Below are positions 28,256 to 38,820 of a stretch of 64,000 bases of DNA, in pieces. The notes beneath the pieces are model-generated. The model had not been told where the DNA came from. It made no database searches and saw only the letters and a program-made list of their open reading frames with translations. The position numbers and the translations under genes were made by a program. The DNA is taken from IMG/VR virus record IMGVR_UViG_3300037041_001930, one strand, 5' to 3'. The first letter of the stretch is position 1. Each line of letters starts with the position of its first letter. Source of the stretch: a virus. Lineage: Duplodnaviria; Caudoviricetes.

Positions 28256-28753
28256 CTAGGACTTATTACGACGCAGAGAAGTGAACATCAAAGCCAGTGA
28301 GGAATTGATAACGAATTGCTGGGCATCGGCACCAAAACTGATACCAGTGGAGATTGCACCCCATAGACTAAGTGAGATCTTGGGGTTATTGGCAGTATTC
28401 CCGATCCAGGCACAGCCATCCGGACTATTAGCGGTCAGGGTGACCCCGCGGTTGTTCAGGGTGCAGAGATTGGAGAGGACTTCGACGAGTTCGTCGACGA
28501 GGCCCTGGGGGCCCACGATTCGAGCCAGGGTGCCCTGGCCTTCAGTGCGGCCTTCGATGTAATACTGCTTCTGAGTCCCCAGCGCCCAGAATCTCGTGAT
28601 CTGGCGCTGATAGTTGAGTTGCAGGTTTTGGACCAGGGCGCCCTCGAAGTCGACTTCAGTACCGGCGCCGTTCTGGCCAGAGATGGCCATGGTGAACTTG
28701 TTGCCTTTGAAGACTCCACCGAGACCACTATCGATTCCAAAGATGTCGGCCAT
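28256..28753 (-). CDS. Tail tube protein, 165 aa
   Basis: Follows the sheath gene; LVQNLQLNYQRQITRFWALG...YYIEGRTEGQGTL tube-like motif; RBS AAAGGA. Confidence 0.8.
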   Translation of the reverse strand: MADIFGIDSGLGGVFKGNKFTMAISGQNGAGTEVDFEGALVQNLQLNYQRQITRFWALGTQKQYYIEGRTEGQGTLARIVGPQGLVDELVEVLSNLCTLNNRGVTLTANSPDGCAWIGNTANNPKISLSLWGAISTGISFGADAQQFVINSSLALMFTSLRRNKS

Positions 28754-28782
28754 GATTGATTCCTTTTAGGGTTAGACTGGGT

Positions 28783-31473
28783 TCAGACCACGAGATCCAT
28801 CTCACCATTGTTGAGCGGGATCGGGATCGTGGCATTGATACGAACAACCACGCGATCAAGCAAGACAGCGTGCGGACGAATGTATTGGATTTCGGCATCA
28901 GTGAGCTGGCCACCGAGTTCCTCGGTTACGGTATCCGTGACGAGGTGCTCGATGCCACGGTTCAGCGAGGTCTCGATGAGCTTGAGAGCGCTGGGGACCA
29001 CGTTGGCACGACCAATGAAGTTGCCAAGCAGACTCAGGAAGTAGTACGAGATCGAGTCCACGTTCACGGTTGCAGAGTCTTCGGCCTTCTTGGTATCCGA
29101 GAGATCCGTGGTGAGCTGCTTGCGGATGTAGACGACACCACTGGGGCTCTGGGTGACAATGTAGACCCCGTAGTTGGCGATGCGGTCGAGCTGATTCGCA
29201 AAGGTGACAGTGGATTCACTCATGTCGTCCCAATCCGCGACCTCAGCGTTGGTGAGGCCTTGATGGGGCAGCGAGGCACCACGATAGGCCGCCAGGGTAT
29301 CGGCGAGGAAGTAGTTGGGGACCTTGACGCCACCGCGTCCGGGGTTCGGAGGGAACACAACAGTGATGCGGCGGTTGGCGTGACGGGCGGCGCGACGACC
29401 GTAATCATCGGCTTGTTCGTCAAGAGTCAGGGGATGCCAGATCTCGTAGAGTGCGGGGACACCCGAGGGGGTCGTCGCGGATTCCACGAGGTTGATGTCT
29501 TCTTCGGAGACCACGGTGTCCACGGTGAACGTGGTGTACGTGGTGCCACCGAAACCATCGCTGGTGTACTTGGCACGGACGAGGTCACCGGGGGCGACGC
29601 CTTTGGTGATGAACTGCCCGTCGACGGCATGCAACCGGTTATAGACGGTGCCGCCTAGGGGATCCGTGATCGTGGCGAAACTTTGAGTCGTGTCAGGACC
29701 ACCAATAAGTGGCTTCTCAGTCACCAAGGCTTTACCAAACATCGCGGTGGCCCAGCGTCCCGCGGTGGCCGTACTGCGACGGTTGATCTCGGCGACCACG
29801 GCGTCATGAACACTTTCGTCGTGGGTCTGGGGAACAATGCGGTAGAAGTCATCACGATCCTTGAGGGTGGCCAAGGCGGCCTGGTATCCCGCGAGGTCGT
29901 CGGATGCGATGGGGAGAACTTTGACAACCATCCCGGATGCCATGGCGAGACCACGACGGACACCATAACCAAGAACACTGTCGAGGACATCGGGACCCAG
30001 CAAACCATTCGCAGTGGTTTCATCGGCGACGTCATGTGTCTTGTTCGCGATTGCGGTGTTCAAGGCGCGGGTGTTGATCACGGTGTCACCGGCGACGACC
30101 GCCAGGGCCAGGGCACCACCGCGCTGATGCGTGGTCGTGATACCGGGCTGGAGGGTCAACGCGGTCGCCGAGGTCACCCAGTTCTTGTTCGGGGGGCTCG
30201 AGAGACGGTTCGCGGGGATCGCGAGGTCACCAATGATGGCGAGTTCGACTTGGAGGTCGACGCCACGGAAGGCAGTAGGAAGTGTGTTCGCCAGGATGAG
30301 TTCGTTGACATCCCCGATGGCGACAGCGGTGGCATCCAGAGTCCACTGGTCACCAGCGACCAGGATGGCGTTACCTGCACTGAAGGTGAAGCTGACACCT
30401 TTGGTACCAATGGGTACCGCGGTGGCCCCGACGACAACGGGAACCCCGGCATCGGTGGCATCAGTGGTGGTCACCGTGATCTCGGGACGGTTGGCGGCCG
30501 CGGGATCCGTCCACTTGCCACCACGGGTGACCGTGACGACGTAAGTGGTATCGGTGGCGCCCGAGTAGGAGCCAGCAGGTGTGATCGTGGGTGATGTATA
30601 AGCCTGGGTGATCGCCCAGCTCCACGAGTTGCCAGTTTTGAAGTCATCGGTGAAATCACCAGGAGTGGAACCATCTGCGGTGAACACAATGGATGCACCA
30701 CGGGAACCAATCGGGGTCGAGACCCCGTAGGTGATACCGGAAATGATTTGTTCGGGGTCCGTGCCACTCAAGGAGGTTACCCGGAGACGGACATTGGCGA
30801 GCATGTTACTCTCGGAGCCCACGAGGACTTCGACGAGGTATGTTTCGTGCATGGCACGCTCGCCCTGGCCGGCATAGTTGGTAGCCGAGGGGGTCACGAC
30901 GACAAGTGAAGTATTAGCGGCATGAGGGGTAAGCGTGGACGCTGCACCTTGGGTGGCCACATTGGAGCCCCCTACAGCGACGATGCCAGGACCACCGACA
31001 CCTGGGATTGGAGTCCCGGGATCCACGGCGCCGTCGAAACCTACAATCGAGGTCACGAAGTCAGCGGAACCATTGTTGACCCGAACCCAGTCACCAATGA
31101 CGGGGTCAAAGGGGATCCCGGCGGCGCGGGGGAACAAACCGTTGGCGATCCAGTTGAAGGTACCAACACTGGCTTTCAAGCGATTCGCTTTACCAGCTAC
31201 GGTGCCAATGTTCTCCGAGGTCGGGATCAAGCTATAACGCTGAGCCGCATTTCGGAGTTCAACACTGGTGTAGGCTTGGTCGACGACATCACCGGCCTGC
31301 TTGTTCGGCCAAGGAAACGCTGCCAGACTTCCAGCATAGGCACCCAGGGCGACGGCGAATTGAACGCGATACGCGGGGCCAAGCGCCAAGAGGCGGAGTT
31401 GGCGAGTCGTCGCGGAGGCAGATGCCGTGAAGAGCTGATTGATCTTCCACTGAGGCAAGATTTGTTCGACCAT
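28783..31473 (-). CDS. Contractile tail sheath protein, 896 aa
   Basis: Conserved sheath C-terminus (YIRKQLTTD...NVDSISY...DRVVVRINATIPIPLNNGEMDLVV); RBS AAGGAG. Confidence 0.9.
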   Translation of the reverse strand: MVEQILPQWKINQLFTASASATTRQLRLLALGPAYRVQFAVALGAYAGSLAAFPWPNKQAGDVVDQAYTSVELRNAAQRYSLIPTSENIGTVAGKANRLKASVGTFNWIANGLFPRAAGIPFDPVIGDWVRVNNGSADFVTSIVGFDGAVDPGTPIPGVGGPGIVAVGGSNVATQGAASTLTPHAANTSLVVVTPSATNYAGQGERAMHETYLVEVLVGSESNMLANVRLRVTSLSGTDPEQIISGITYGVSTPIGSRGASIVFTADGSTPGDFTDDFKTGNSWSWAITQAYTSPTITPAGSYSGATDTTYVVTVTRGGKWTDPAAANRPEITVTTTDATDAGVPVVVGATAVPIGTKGVSFTFSAGNAILVAGDQWTLDATAVAIGDVNELILANTLPTAFRGVDLQVELAIIGDLAIPANRLSSPPNKNWVTSATALTLQPGITTTHQRGGALALAVVAGDTVINTRALNTAIANKTHDVADETTANGLLGPDVLDSVLGYGVRRGLAMASGMVVKVLPIASDDLAGYQAALATLKDRDDFYRIVPQTHDESVHDAVVAEINRRSTATAGRWATAMFGKALVTEKPLIGGPDTTQSFATITDPLGGTVYNRLHAVDGQFITKGVAPGDLVRAKYTSDGFGGTTYTTFTVDTVVSEEDINLVESATTPSGVPALYEIWHPLTLDEQADDYGRRAARHANRRITVVFPPNPGRGGVKVPNYFLADTLAAYRGASLPHQGLTNAEVADWDDMSESTVTFANQLDRIANYGVYIVTQSPSGVVYIRKQLTTDLSDTKKAEDSATVNVDSISYYFLSLLGNFIGRANVVPSALKLIETSLNRGIEHLVTDTVTEELGGQLTDAEIQYIRPHAVLLDRVVVRINATIPIPLNNGEMDLVV

Positions 31474-32252
31474 TACTGGACTCCTTGTGGTGATGCGTTT
31501 AGGGTAAAGGCTTTGAGCCGGGGCGCTAGAGCCTGGAGGGTCCAGGCATATTCGTAGACATATTTGATATCAACTACGATGCCGACCTGTGCGGCCGTGT
31601 CGTTTAGGGTACCTTCTTCCCCCATCCCGGTGACCGCGAAGTCATGGAATGGCAGGCGTTCTCGAATCGCAGGGGACATAAACGATAGGAAATCGAAGAC
31701 TTCTTGAGCGAGATCCTCGGCTTCACCGCCGACATCAGCGATGCAGAAGATGCGATGGGCCCCCGTGATGAATCTGCTGTGCTGCGAGATCCCCTGCATT
31801 TGCTCAGTGGAGTAGTCGAGACTTCGGCTCTGCGCACGGTCGTCCATGCTGTGCCGATCCGACTTGAGCTCGAGACGCTTGACAACCAGGGCTGGGTACT
31901 GACCGGATCCCGAGGGATCAAAGATCACTGATTTCACAATACGAATCTTGGATTCCGCGACCTTCTCGGAATACACGAATTGCCGAAGATTTGGGGTCAG
32001 AATCAAACTGGCATCCGAGAAGTGATCCTTGAGGAACCGCATGATCAGACCGGTCATCGTGCGTGGGGTCATCCCCACTGAGCACAGGTTCCGGACTCTG
32101 TCGAGGTTGTGCCGCCAGATCCAGCCGCCATCAGGATTATCTGGTACCGTGCCGGCTTCGATAGCACTGGAAGGCGTATCGATTTGCTCACCAAACCCCG
32201 TCATCGGGGATAGGCAGCTCTCATTGCCGGTTTGTGCGTTACTGGCGGTCAT
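31473..32252 (-). CDS. Tail terminator / sheath-stabilising protein, 259 aa
   Basis: Between neck and sheath genes; QYPALVVKR motif typical of tail-completion proteins. Confidence 0.6.
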   Translation of the reverse strand: MTASNAQTGNESCLSPMTGFGEQIDTPSSAIEAGTVPDNPDGGWIWRHNLDRVRNLCSVGMTPRTMTGLIMRFLKDHFSDASLILTPNLRQFVYSEKVAESKIRIVKSVIFDPSGSGQYPALVVKRLELKSDRHSMDDRAQSRSLDYSTEQMQGISQHSRFITGAHRIFCIADVGGEAEDLAQEVFDFLSFMSPAIRERLPFHDFAVTGMGEEGTLNDTAAQVGIVVDIKYVYEYAWTLQALAPRLKAFTLNASPQGVQ

Positions 32253-32408
32253 GTGAGTTTGAGCACCGATCGAATCGGGAGACGTGACATCGTGGCCGTG
32301 CAGATCTTCTCGACCCCTCGGGATTCAGCAACACCCCTGGAGTCTCCAGGCTGGAGACTATTGAGGTCGAGGGTCTTCGGCGCCGGGATCGCGGCGAGCC
32401 CACGCGCT

Positions 32409-33350
32409 TTACGAATTATTGGCTTGGGGGTCATACGTGCTCTGGTTTGGCAATGGGATCTTGTAGGCGACATGGGTTGTCGGGAGTTCGAGTAACCGGA
32501 GACCCAGGATGACATCGACGCCGCGATGTCTGGCCAGTTTCTCGATGTCGCCTTGAATCTGGTATCTGGTGTCCCCAACCGTGCTCGCCCAGATGTCGGC
32601 GGCTTCTGGAGCCGGGTGGGCCAGGCAGCGCACGGACTCGATGACCACGGTACGGGTTTCACCGGTTTCCGCGATCTTGACGGCACGGAGTCCGGGTTGC
32701 TGGATCACCCAATACTCCAGGGGATCATAGAACCCCTTGGTGACCCCGGTACCCAAACAGATCGGGCAGTTGGAATCCGTGGCCGTCGCCGAGTTCTTGT
32801 CGAGACAACGTGGGCAGGGATCCCCGAATTGCCGCGCCTTGATGAGCCAGCCCTTGGTTCCCGCTCCTCGTGCTCTGGCCTGTCCATTGCGGACCCCCTG
32901 GATCAGGAGCTCCTTGCGGACGATCTCGCGGACGAGACGCCAGTCATTGTGGTTCCAGATGACATCGAAGCTGACGGGGTGACCCCAGTAGACGACACCA
33001 TTGCCATCCGTGATCTTGAGACGGTAGTACATGCTGCGTTCATGGGGCCTCAGCAGGGGGCGGTTGTCGTACAACCAGGGCCGATCCACGACTTCCGAGA
33101 TCTTCTCCCAGGCGTCGTCGTTGATGGCACGCCCGCGATACAGCTCGAACTTGTATGGCCCGGGTTCCACGAACTCGGGTACCATAGCCCAGGACACCTT
33201 GATGGACTTACTCACGGCGAGGTGATAGCACCCCTCGACCACCATGCGTTTAATGGGGTCAAACAATGAATTAGTGTGCTTTGGTGGCAGCGCCCCAAAG
33301 GAGACCCCGGATCCCGGGAAGTTGACGACATCAGGTGTTGAGTTTGCCAT
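32409..33350 (-). CDS. Head-closure (neck) protein with Zn-finger insertion, ~313 aa
   Basis: GDPCPRCLD...CPICLGTGVTKGF motif; start MANST at 33350, right after the adaptor stop. Confidence 0.65.
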   Translation of the reverse strand: MANSTPDVVNFPGSGVSFGALPPKHTNSLFDPIKRMVVEGCYHLAVSKSIKVSWAMVPEFVEPGPYKFELYRGRAINDDAWEKISEVVDRPWLYDNRPLLRPHERSMYYRLKITDGNGVVYWGHPVSFDVIWNHNDWRLVREIVRKELLIQGVRNGQARARGAGTKGWLIKARQFGDPCPRCLDKNSATATDSNCPICLGTGVTKGFYDPLEYWVIQQPGLRAVKIAETGETRTVVIESVRCLAHPAPEAADIWASTVGDTRYQIQGDIEKLARHRGVDVILGLRLLELPTTHVAYKIPLPNQSTYDPQANNS

Positions 33351-33351
33351 A

Positions 33352-34239
33352 TCAGAGATAGTAGTTTGTGGACCACGCCCGGTCCATGTTTTGACGCCGC
33401 TTCTCCATCTTGAACCATTCGTCGAACTCTTGGAACTCACGCGCCGCGATCTGTTCGTATTCCGCGGACTTGTTCTGATCGTCGATTGTTATACCCCCGG
33501 CTTGGTAGGCGAGTCGGTTTCGGGCATAACGCTTCGCCGCCATGCGCATGAGCTCGATGCAGGTACCCTTGAGCCACCAGTACCGGAATGGGAAGTTGAA
33601 ATAGGAATAGGTGTTCACGGGTGGGGGTGTATTGTTCCAACGGTCGACGACCCAGCGAATCGCCATGGCGATCTCGGTGTCATCGAACTCAAAGGAGTCG
33701 AGAAGGTTGACTTCGCCTTGGGTGGAGTCCCCTAGGGCAGCCCGGATTTCAGGCAGGGTGATCATACCCCTGGCCTGGAACTGACTCAGGAGATTGGGCT
33801 CAATGGCGAGGTAGGCGGGGTACGCGTCGACTTGGTAGCCACCATGAACAAAGCGGGAGATCTGGGCCTTGTAGATCCCGGGGCAGAAGTCTTGGCCGGC
33901 TTCCAGCTTGAACTCGACGACCCCCTTGCAGTCCAGGCATTCCTTGCTGTCCGGGATGAGTTCACCGAGGACATCGAGGAGGAGTCGGTTGCTTTGCTCA
34001 CCGGGGACCTCGTCGAGGACGAGGAGCCGAATCGCCACGGTTCCCGCGGCTACCTCGGTCTGGTATCCAAACCGGGGTTTCTCCGCTGGGATGTTCTCGG
34101 GTTCCTTGGCGAGGTCGACAGGTCTGCCTTCCTCGTCAACGATGCGGACGACGACCTGCTTGCGGCTCCCGTTCAACCACCGAATGGTCTTCCAGGTCTC
34201 CGCTTTGGAGGATGGCCGGATCTCGACTGGGTCGATCAT
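33352..34239 (-). CDS. Head-tail adaptor (neck protein 1) with an N-terminal Ig/BppU-like domain, 295 aa
   Basis: C-terminal half EIRAAL...NLLD..EFDDTEI...RNRLAYQAGGITIDDQNK is adaptor-like. Confidence 0.7.
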   Translation of the reverse strand: MIDPVEIRPSSKAETWKTIRWLNGSRKQVVVRIVDEEGRPVDLAKEPENIPAEKPRFGYQTEVAAGTVAIRLLVLDEVPGEQSNRLLLDVLGELIPDSKECLDCKGVVEFKLEAGQDFCPGIYKAQISRFVHGGYQVDAYPAYLAIEPNLLSQFQARGMITLPEIRAALGDSTQGEVNLLDSFEFDDTEIAMAIRWVVDRWNNTPPPVNTYSYFNFPFRYWWLKGTCIELMRMAAKRYARNRLAYQAGGITIDDQNKSAEYEQIAAREFQEFDEWFKMEKRRQNMDRAWSTNYYL

Positions 34240-34242
34240 GGT

Positions 34243-35772
34243 TCAGACCTGACGGGCCGTGCGTTGGCCGAGGACGACGTGACGATCTTGGGTGCGCAAG
34301 ATGCCCAGGGCGAGGCCGACGCGTTGAGTGACGACTTCCAACCATTCCGAGGCGGCTACCGCGGCCTGATCGGGATGCCCGGGGACCAGAAACTCTTTTT
34401 CGACGAGCATCCCGGTGACCAGGCTTCTGATGTCCTGGTACAGGAAGACGCCTTGAATGTTCTCTGGAGTCGCCCCAAAGGTACCACCGAAGTCGACATT
34501 GGCGGGGCCATAGCGATCGACGAGGAGACGATCAATGAAGTTGAGGTCGATGCCAACCCGTGCCCACACCGAACCCTTCTTGGGTTCCAGGGGTTCGCGG
34601 ACCACAGATGATAGTGGGTAGTCTGAGTTCGGGGTCCCTATCTTGGAGGCATTGATGACCTCGAGATCGCGGATCGATTTCAGGGGGTACCCACTCGAGG
34701 TCCAATCGCCAACACTGGCGTCATAGGTGAGCAAGACGACATCACTGTACTGGAACGAGTTCGCAAAGGTGACGATGAGGTCACGGGGGTCCTGTCCCGA
34801 GACTACCCCTGTGGGGGCAACAATCAAACCATTGACGGTGAAGCCAAGTCCGAGGAGGTAGTCCGTGGAGACCACGGGGGTCGAAAACGACAAGGTCAGG
34901 ACTTCGGGATCGATTTGATTGAAAGCGATTACAGCGGCCTGCAGAGTGGCGTGGTTCGAGATATTGGTGGCCACGTAATCCGTGAAGGTCACCAGGGGGA
35001 AAGAACCCGTGGCGTTGGTGAGGTCACCCTTGGTGTCATCATAATTCGCCTTGACGGTGTCGCGATCACTGATGACCCCAGCCATGGTGAGCCTGAGCAG
35101 GGAGTCCGTGATGAACACGGCATCATCGGGATACGCGGCGACTCCATTGACAGTGATCCGGAACCCCTCGCCATCACGTCCCGTCGGGGATCGGATGGGC
35201 TGGTCAAAGGTGATGTCGATCTCGGTTTCCCGCGCCGTGACATCAACGACCACTGGGGATGCGGCGACACGGTGGACCACCTGAGTCGCCGTGGCCACAG
35301 AGGCGCCCTCATCATTCCAGACCACGACGGCGTAGTAATGGGTTTCCGGAGTCAGCGGGATCGGGGCACCCACGACATGAACGAAGTAGATGTCTTCAGC
35401 GAGGTTGTTGCGGCTGAACCGGGTCGTGCCCACAGGGGGCAGCCCATAAACGGACTCACCCACGGGGATCCATGGTGCGTCCTCATCGATGATGACATTG
35501 GTATTCGAGGGTACGCCCCCATAGTTCACTGGGGGCACCATCGGGGTCAGCACGGGGTCCACTGGCGGCGGCTGCATAGTTTTTGCAGCGAGATGCGCGG
35601 CGATATCGGCGTTGGCCTGGGCAAGGGCATCGGCCAGACTAACCACGCTATGGAAGTATTTGTATCCCAGGATCTCCGGGAATACCCCTTGTGGCTCATC
35701 ATGGCGCAACGTGATCGCGGAGACCATGTCGGAGATAGCTGCGAGACGAGAGATGGCATTTGGAATCGGCAT
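34243..35772 (-). CDS. Virion protein with an FN3-like and two SwmB/Ig-like domains, 509 aa
   Basis: LTPETHYYAVVVWN (FN3-like); two repeats of [I/L]T[F/L]...F.[I/F]TVNG...V...YD (SwmB-like). Confidence 0.6.
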   Translation of the reverse strand: MPIPNAISRLAAISDMVSAITLRHDEPQGVFPEILGYKYFHSVVSLADALAQANADIAAHLAAKTMQPPPVDPVLTPMVPPVNYGGVPSNTNVIIDEDAPWIPVGESVYGLPPVGTTRFSRNNLAEDIYFVHVVGAPIPLTPETHYYAVVVWNDEGASVATATQVVHRVAASPVVVDVTARETEIDITFDQPIRSPTGRDGEGFRITVNGVAAYPDDAVFITDSLLRLTMAGVISDRDTVKANYDDTKGDLTNATGSFPLVTFTDYVATNISNHATLQAAVIAFNQIDPEVLTLSFSTPVVSTDYLLGLGFTVNGLIVAPTGVVSGQDPRDLIVTFANSFQYSDVVLLTYDASVGDWTSSGYPLKSIRDLEVINASKIGTPNSDYPLSSVVREPLEPKKGSVWARVGIDLNFIDRLLVDRYGPANVDFGGTFGATPENIQGVFLYQDIRSLVTGMLVEKEFLVPGHPDQAAVAASEWLEVVTQRVGLALGILRTQDRHVVLGQRTARQV

Positions 35773-35835
35773 CGTGAACCCCTGTGCTGTAAGTGTGGTG
35801 ACTGTAGTGGCCTGGCAACCCCATCTATTATTCGA

Positions 35836-38820
35836 CTACCCAACGGTCCATGTATCCGTGAGTCTATTGATGTTAATGCTGCAAAGTTTTCCAACGTATC
35901 GATTAGCCCACATCGTGCGTGGTATGTCAAATCTAGCACGTGAGACCCATACCCCATCAGCGACCTCACCTATGTAAACATAACCCCCGAGATCTGTTAT
36001 TGGCCCTGGGCCATCTGTGTCTTGATTTGAGTAATTTATGTATAAGTCTGCCGTTAGTGTCGTTTGCCCCTCGGGTGTCACATAGCGATTTCTCCAACCA
36101 ATACCACCACCATGAAAACCACCACTATTTTCATAGGGGCATGTAATCGATACATCTGTCCAGACTAAGCCAGTTGGCTGCCCTGGGTTTGGTTTATACC
36201 CGCAACTAATCGCTACTTCGACTGCAATTGCAGATACGCAACCAGTGGGCACCTGGCTTGGTGTACGTGGGGCCAACGCGGTACACACCAGCTTTGCGCT
36301 TCCAGGAATCACTGAACATGAAACCAGGTCAACTATTTTAGTCAGCGGCTGTACTAATTGAATGTCAGTGACGTAGCATCTGTCACTAGTATCCCATTCT
36401 ACACTGGATACGGGTTCCAACCCAGGCAACAAAGAACCAGGTTGGCAGGAGCACGGTCTGGTTTCAAGCGCGGGTTCACAACTATAGAAATCACTTTTAC
36501 AACAGAAAATGTTGATGGCTTTAGAATTATCACCATGGTACGCCGCAGGGCGATGTCCTGCATAATAAGTGTTCGCTAGCTCCTCGCTAGCTGCGAATAA
36601 AAACTCAGTTTTAGTAAGAACCCAATGATATAAATCATAATTCCAGACATCAACTTGCAGAACAGCTACTCTAAAATCACAGCAATCGCAATCGCAGGAA
36701 GCTATGGGTTCTGTTGCTCCGAGGCATGCTTCACCCCGTACAAATAGCTTAACGGTAGCCGATGCACCGTCGGAGCACACCTCAACTTGCTCCGGTACAT
36801 ATTCATAGCCACCAACGCAAAGCCTTGATATCAAGGCTTCTTCGGCATCAGTGCACGCTGTCTCAATAAACACATCAGCCTTGAGATCTGTGGGTGTGAT
36901 GTCGACTCCATCATGAGTATGTGTTTCGCAATCCGAGCACGTATCCGGTGGGGGCGTGCACGCAGGGCCAGTGGGGCCACTCGGGCCAGTCGCCCCGGTG
37001 TCTGAGTCTGCGCCCCGGGGTCCAAGCCTCCCTTTTTCACCATGTGGCCCTGGATCTCCCGGATACACGTTGCCATCAAAGCCTGTGGGGCCCCTTGGTC
37101 CCCGTTTTCCGTAGTCCCCACGTGGACCCTGACGTCCTGGGTCACCATCTGGACCCCTTGGACCAGTTGGTCCCATGGGTCCATTCACGTTACCACCTCC
37201 GGGTCCCATGGGTCCCGCGGGGCCACGGGGACCCGTGGGACCCGGAGGCCCATCTTCACCGATTTCACCTGTGCTACCGTCTGGACCCTGAACCCCGGTG
37301 GGCCCCGGTGGCCCAAGTGGGCCAACATCGCCTTTAGGACCGACTCCACCGGCAACCCCTGCGGGTCCCTTGTCACCGGGGGGGCCTTCTACACCAGGGA
37401 TACCACGTGGACCCTTGTTGCCATCCAGGCCTGGGAGACCAGGTTTACCTGCGATTCCGGGGTCACCTTTGATACCACGAACACCAGGTGGCCCCTCAGG
37501 CCCCATATCACCTTGTGGGCCTACTATTCCCTGAACCCCCTGTGGACCCGTGACAGATAAACCAGTGGGGCCCTCCTCACCTTGAGGGCCCTGAACACCT
37601 TGTAGCCGCCTCTGTGGACCCTGTGCACCAGTTATACCTGGTAACCCAATGATGCCCTGCAGCCCCGTAAACCCACGTGGACCCGTGACCCCCGTAGACC
37701 CAGCGATGCCATGTAACCCCATCTGCCCCTGTGGACCCCGAGGTGCCCATGCCTGAGAATCCCATGTTGATGCCTCCGTACGTGTGTAAACAACGGCGAA
37801 ATCAACGGCGAGATAGGTATAGCCAGTGGGAACACTGATCGCCTGTGGTCGGTCTGCTAGGGTCCCTACTCCGTTCAAAGACTTAGTGCTATCGACACCC
37901 CGCGGCCCCATGACACCAGTTGGACCAGCTGCACCCACACCAGGAGGGCCCTGGATACCACGTGATCCCGGGACCCCCACTGTGCCTTGAACCCCTGTGG
38001 GGCCCACTATTCCAGTGTCCCCGTCTACTCCCTGTTGCCCCTGTGGACCCTGGAGCCCTTGGGGACCCTCGACGCCCTGGGGACCCGTGTACCCTTGTAA
38101 GCCCTGTAAACCCACTGGGCCAGTGGGGCCTAGAAGCCCAGGCCCCGTGATTCCTTGGGGGCCTCGAGGTCCGCTCGCACCTTGGGGTCCCGTGGCACCT
38201 ACTCCGACCTCAGTCCAATCTGCAATAGTGTTTGTTCGTGTGTTAGCTGTACATAACCACAGCGAGAAGTTTCCAGCGTCTTCGATCCAACGATCACCCT
38301 GTGAATACTCTCTGGTGAGAACCCACCCACGTGTTCCCCGCCATTCCTTGAACGGAGACGACAGTGACAGTGAGCTCGGGTAAATCTTAGCAGCGATTAC
38401 CCATGCTCGGATGAACCAAATGTAGAGTTCGTTGCGGTCTGTATCAAACCATCGAAACCCAGTATCAGCACGACTCAACGAAGTCGCGACACGCTGAGCA
38501 GTGGATCCGAATTGAACCTGGAGCTCGGCGATGTGCTCCGATGTACTTACGAGACCAACGAGTTCCTGTGCGGCGTGTCGGATGGCTGTGGTGCCTTGGA
38601 GACCACGAGAGAGCCCCATCAAGTATCTACCAGAAATCGAGGTATATCTGATGACTTCACTGGGGGTACCCACTAATCCCGTGCCCACTACGACGACCCC
38701 ACCCTGAGGTGGCAGCTTCGCGGCATCCACGACTTCAACAAAAGAGCCAGGCCCCTCGGTATCAGCGAGAAGTGCCGTGGCCAGGCGAGTTAGTGTGTCG
38801 TTTTGAATTGGCAGTGCCAT
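35836..38820 (-). CDS. Collagen-like fibre protein A (994 aa): anchor, collagen, Cys-rich tip
   Basis: Long Gly-X-Y runs (~36950-38200); shares its N-terminus with 39886-44214 and 44237-48148. Confidence 0.85.
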   Translation of the reverse strand: MALPIQNDTLTRLATALLADTEGPGSFVEVVDAAKLPPQGGVVVVGTGLVGTPSEVIRYTSISGRYLMGLSRGLQGTTAIRHAAQELVGLVSTSEHIAELQVQFGSTAQRVATSLSRADTGFRWFDTDRNELYIWFIRAWVIAAKIYPSSLSLSSPFKEWRGTRGWVLTREYSQGDRWIEDAGNFSLWLCTANTRTNTIADWTEVGVGATGPQGASGPRGPQGITGPGLLGPTGPVGLQGLQGYTGPQGVEGPQGLQGPQGQQGVDGDTGIVGPTGVQGTVGVPGSRGIQGPPGVGAAGPTGVMGPRGVDSTKSLNGVGTLADRPQAISVPTGYTYLAVDFAVVYTRTEASTWDSQAWAPRGPQGQMGLHGIAGSTGVTGPRGFTGLQGIIGLPGITGAQGPQRRLQGVQGPQGEEGPTGLSVTGPQGVQGIVGPQGDMGPEGPPGVRGIKGDPGIAGKPGLPGLDGNKGPRGIPGVEGPPGDKGPAGVAGGVGPKGDVGPLGPPGPTGVQGPDGSTGEIGEDGPPGPTGPRGPAGPMGPGGGNVNGPMGPTGPRGPDGDPGRQGPRGDYGKRGPRGPTGFDGNVYPGDPGPHGEKGRLGPRGADSDTGATGPSGPTGPACTPPPDTCSDCETHTHDGVDITPTDLKADVFIETACTDAEEALISRLCVGGYEYVPEQVEVCSDGASATVKLFVRGEACLGATEPIASCDCDCCDFRVAVLQVDVWNYDLYHWVLTKTEFLFAASEELANTYYAGHRPAAYHGDNSKAINIFCCKSDFYSCEPALETRPCSCQPGSLLPGLEPVSSVEWDTSDRCYVTDIQLVQPLTKIVDLVSCSVIPGSAKLVCTALAPRTPSQVPTGCVSAIAVEVAISCGYKPNPGQPTGLVWTDVSITCPYENSGGFHGGGIGWRNRYVTPEGQTTLTADLYINYSNQDTDGPGPITDLGGYVYIGEVADGVWVSRARFDIPRTMWANRYVGKLCSININRLTDTWTVG

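Noticed and set aside
28756-30594. Long plus-strand ORFs opposite structural genes (also 52873-53958 and 58485-60368)
   Set aside because: Antisense shadows expected from GC-rich codon bias; no RBS, no recognisable motifs, fully overlapping well-supported genes.
16102-32252. Extracellular contractile injection system, tailocin or T6SS (sheath, tube, VgrG, baseplate J)
   Set aside because: Capsid, protease, scaffold, neck and tape-measure genes show a complete phage virion.
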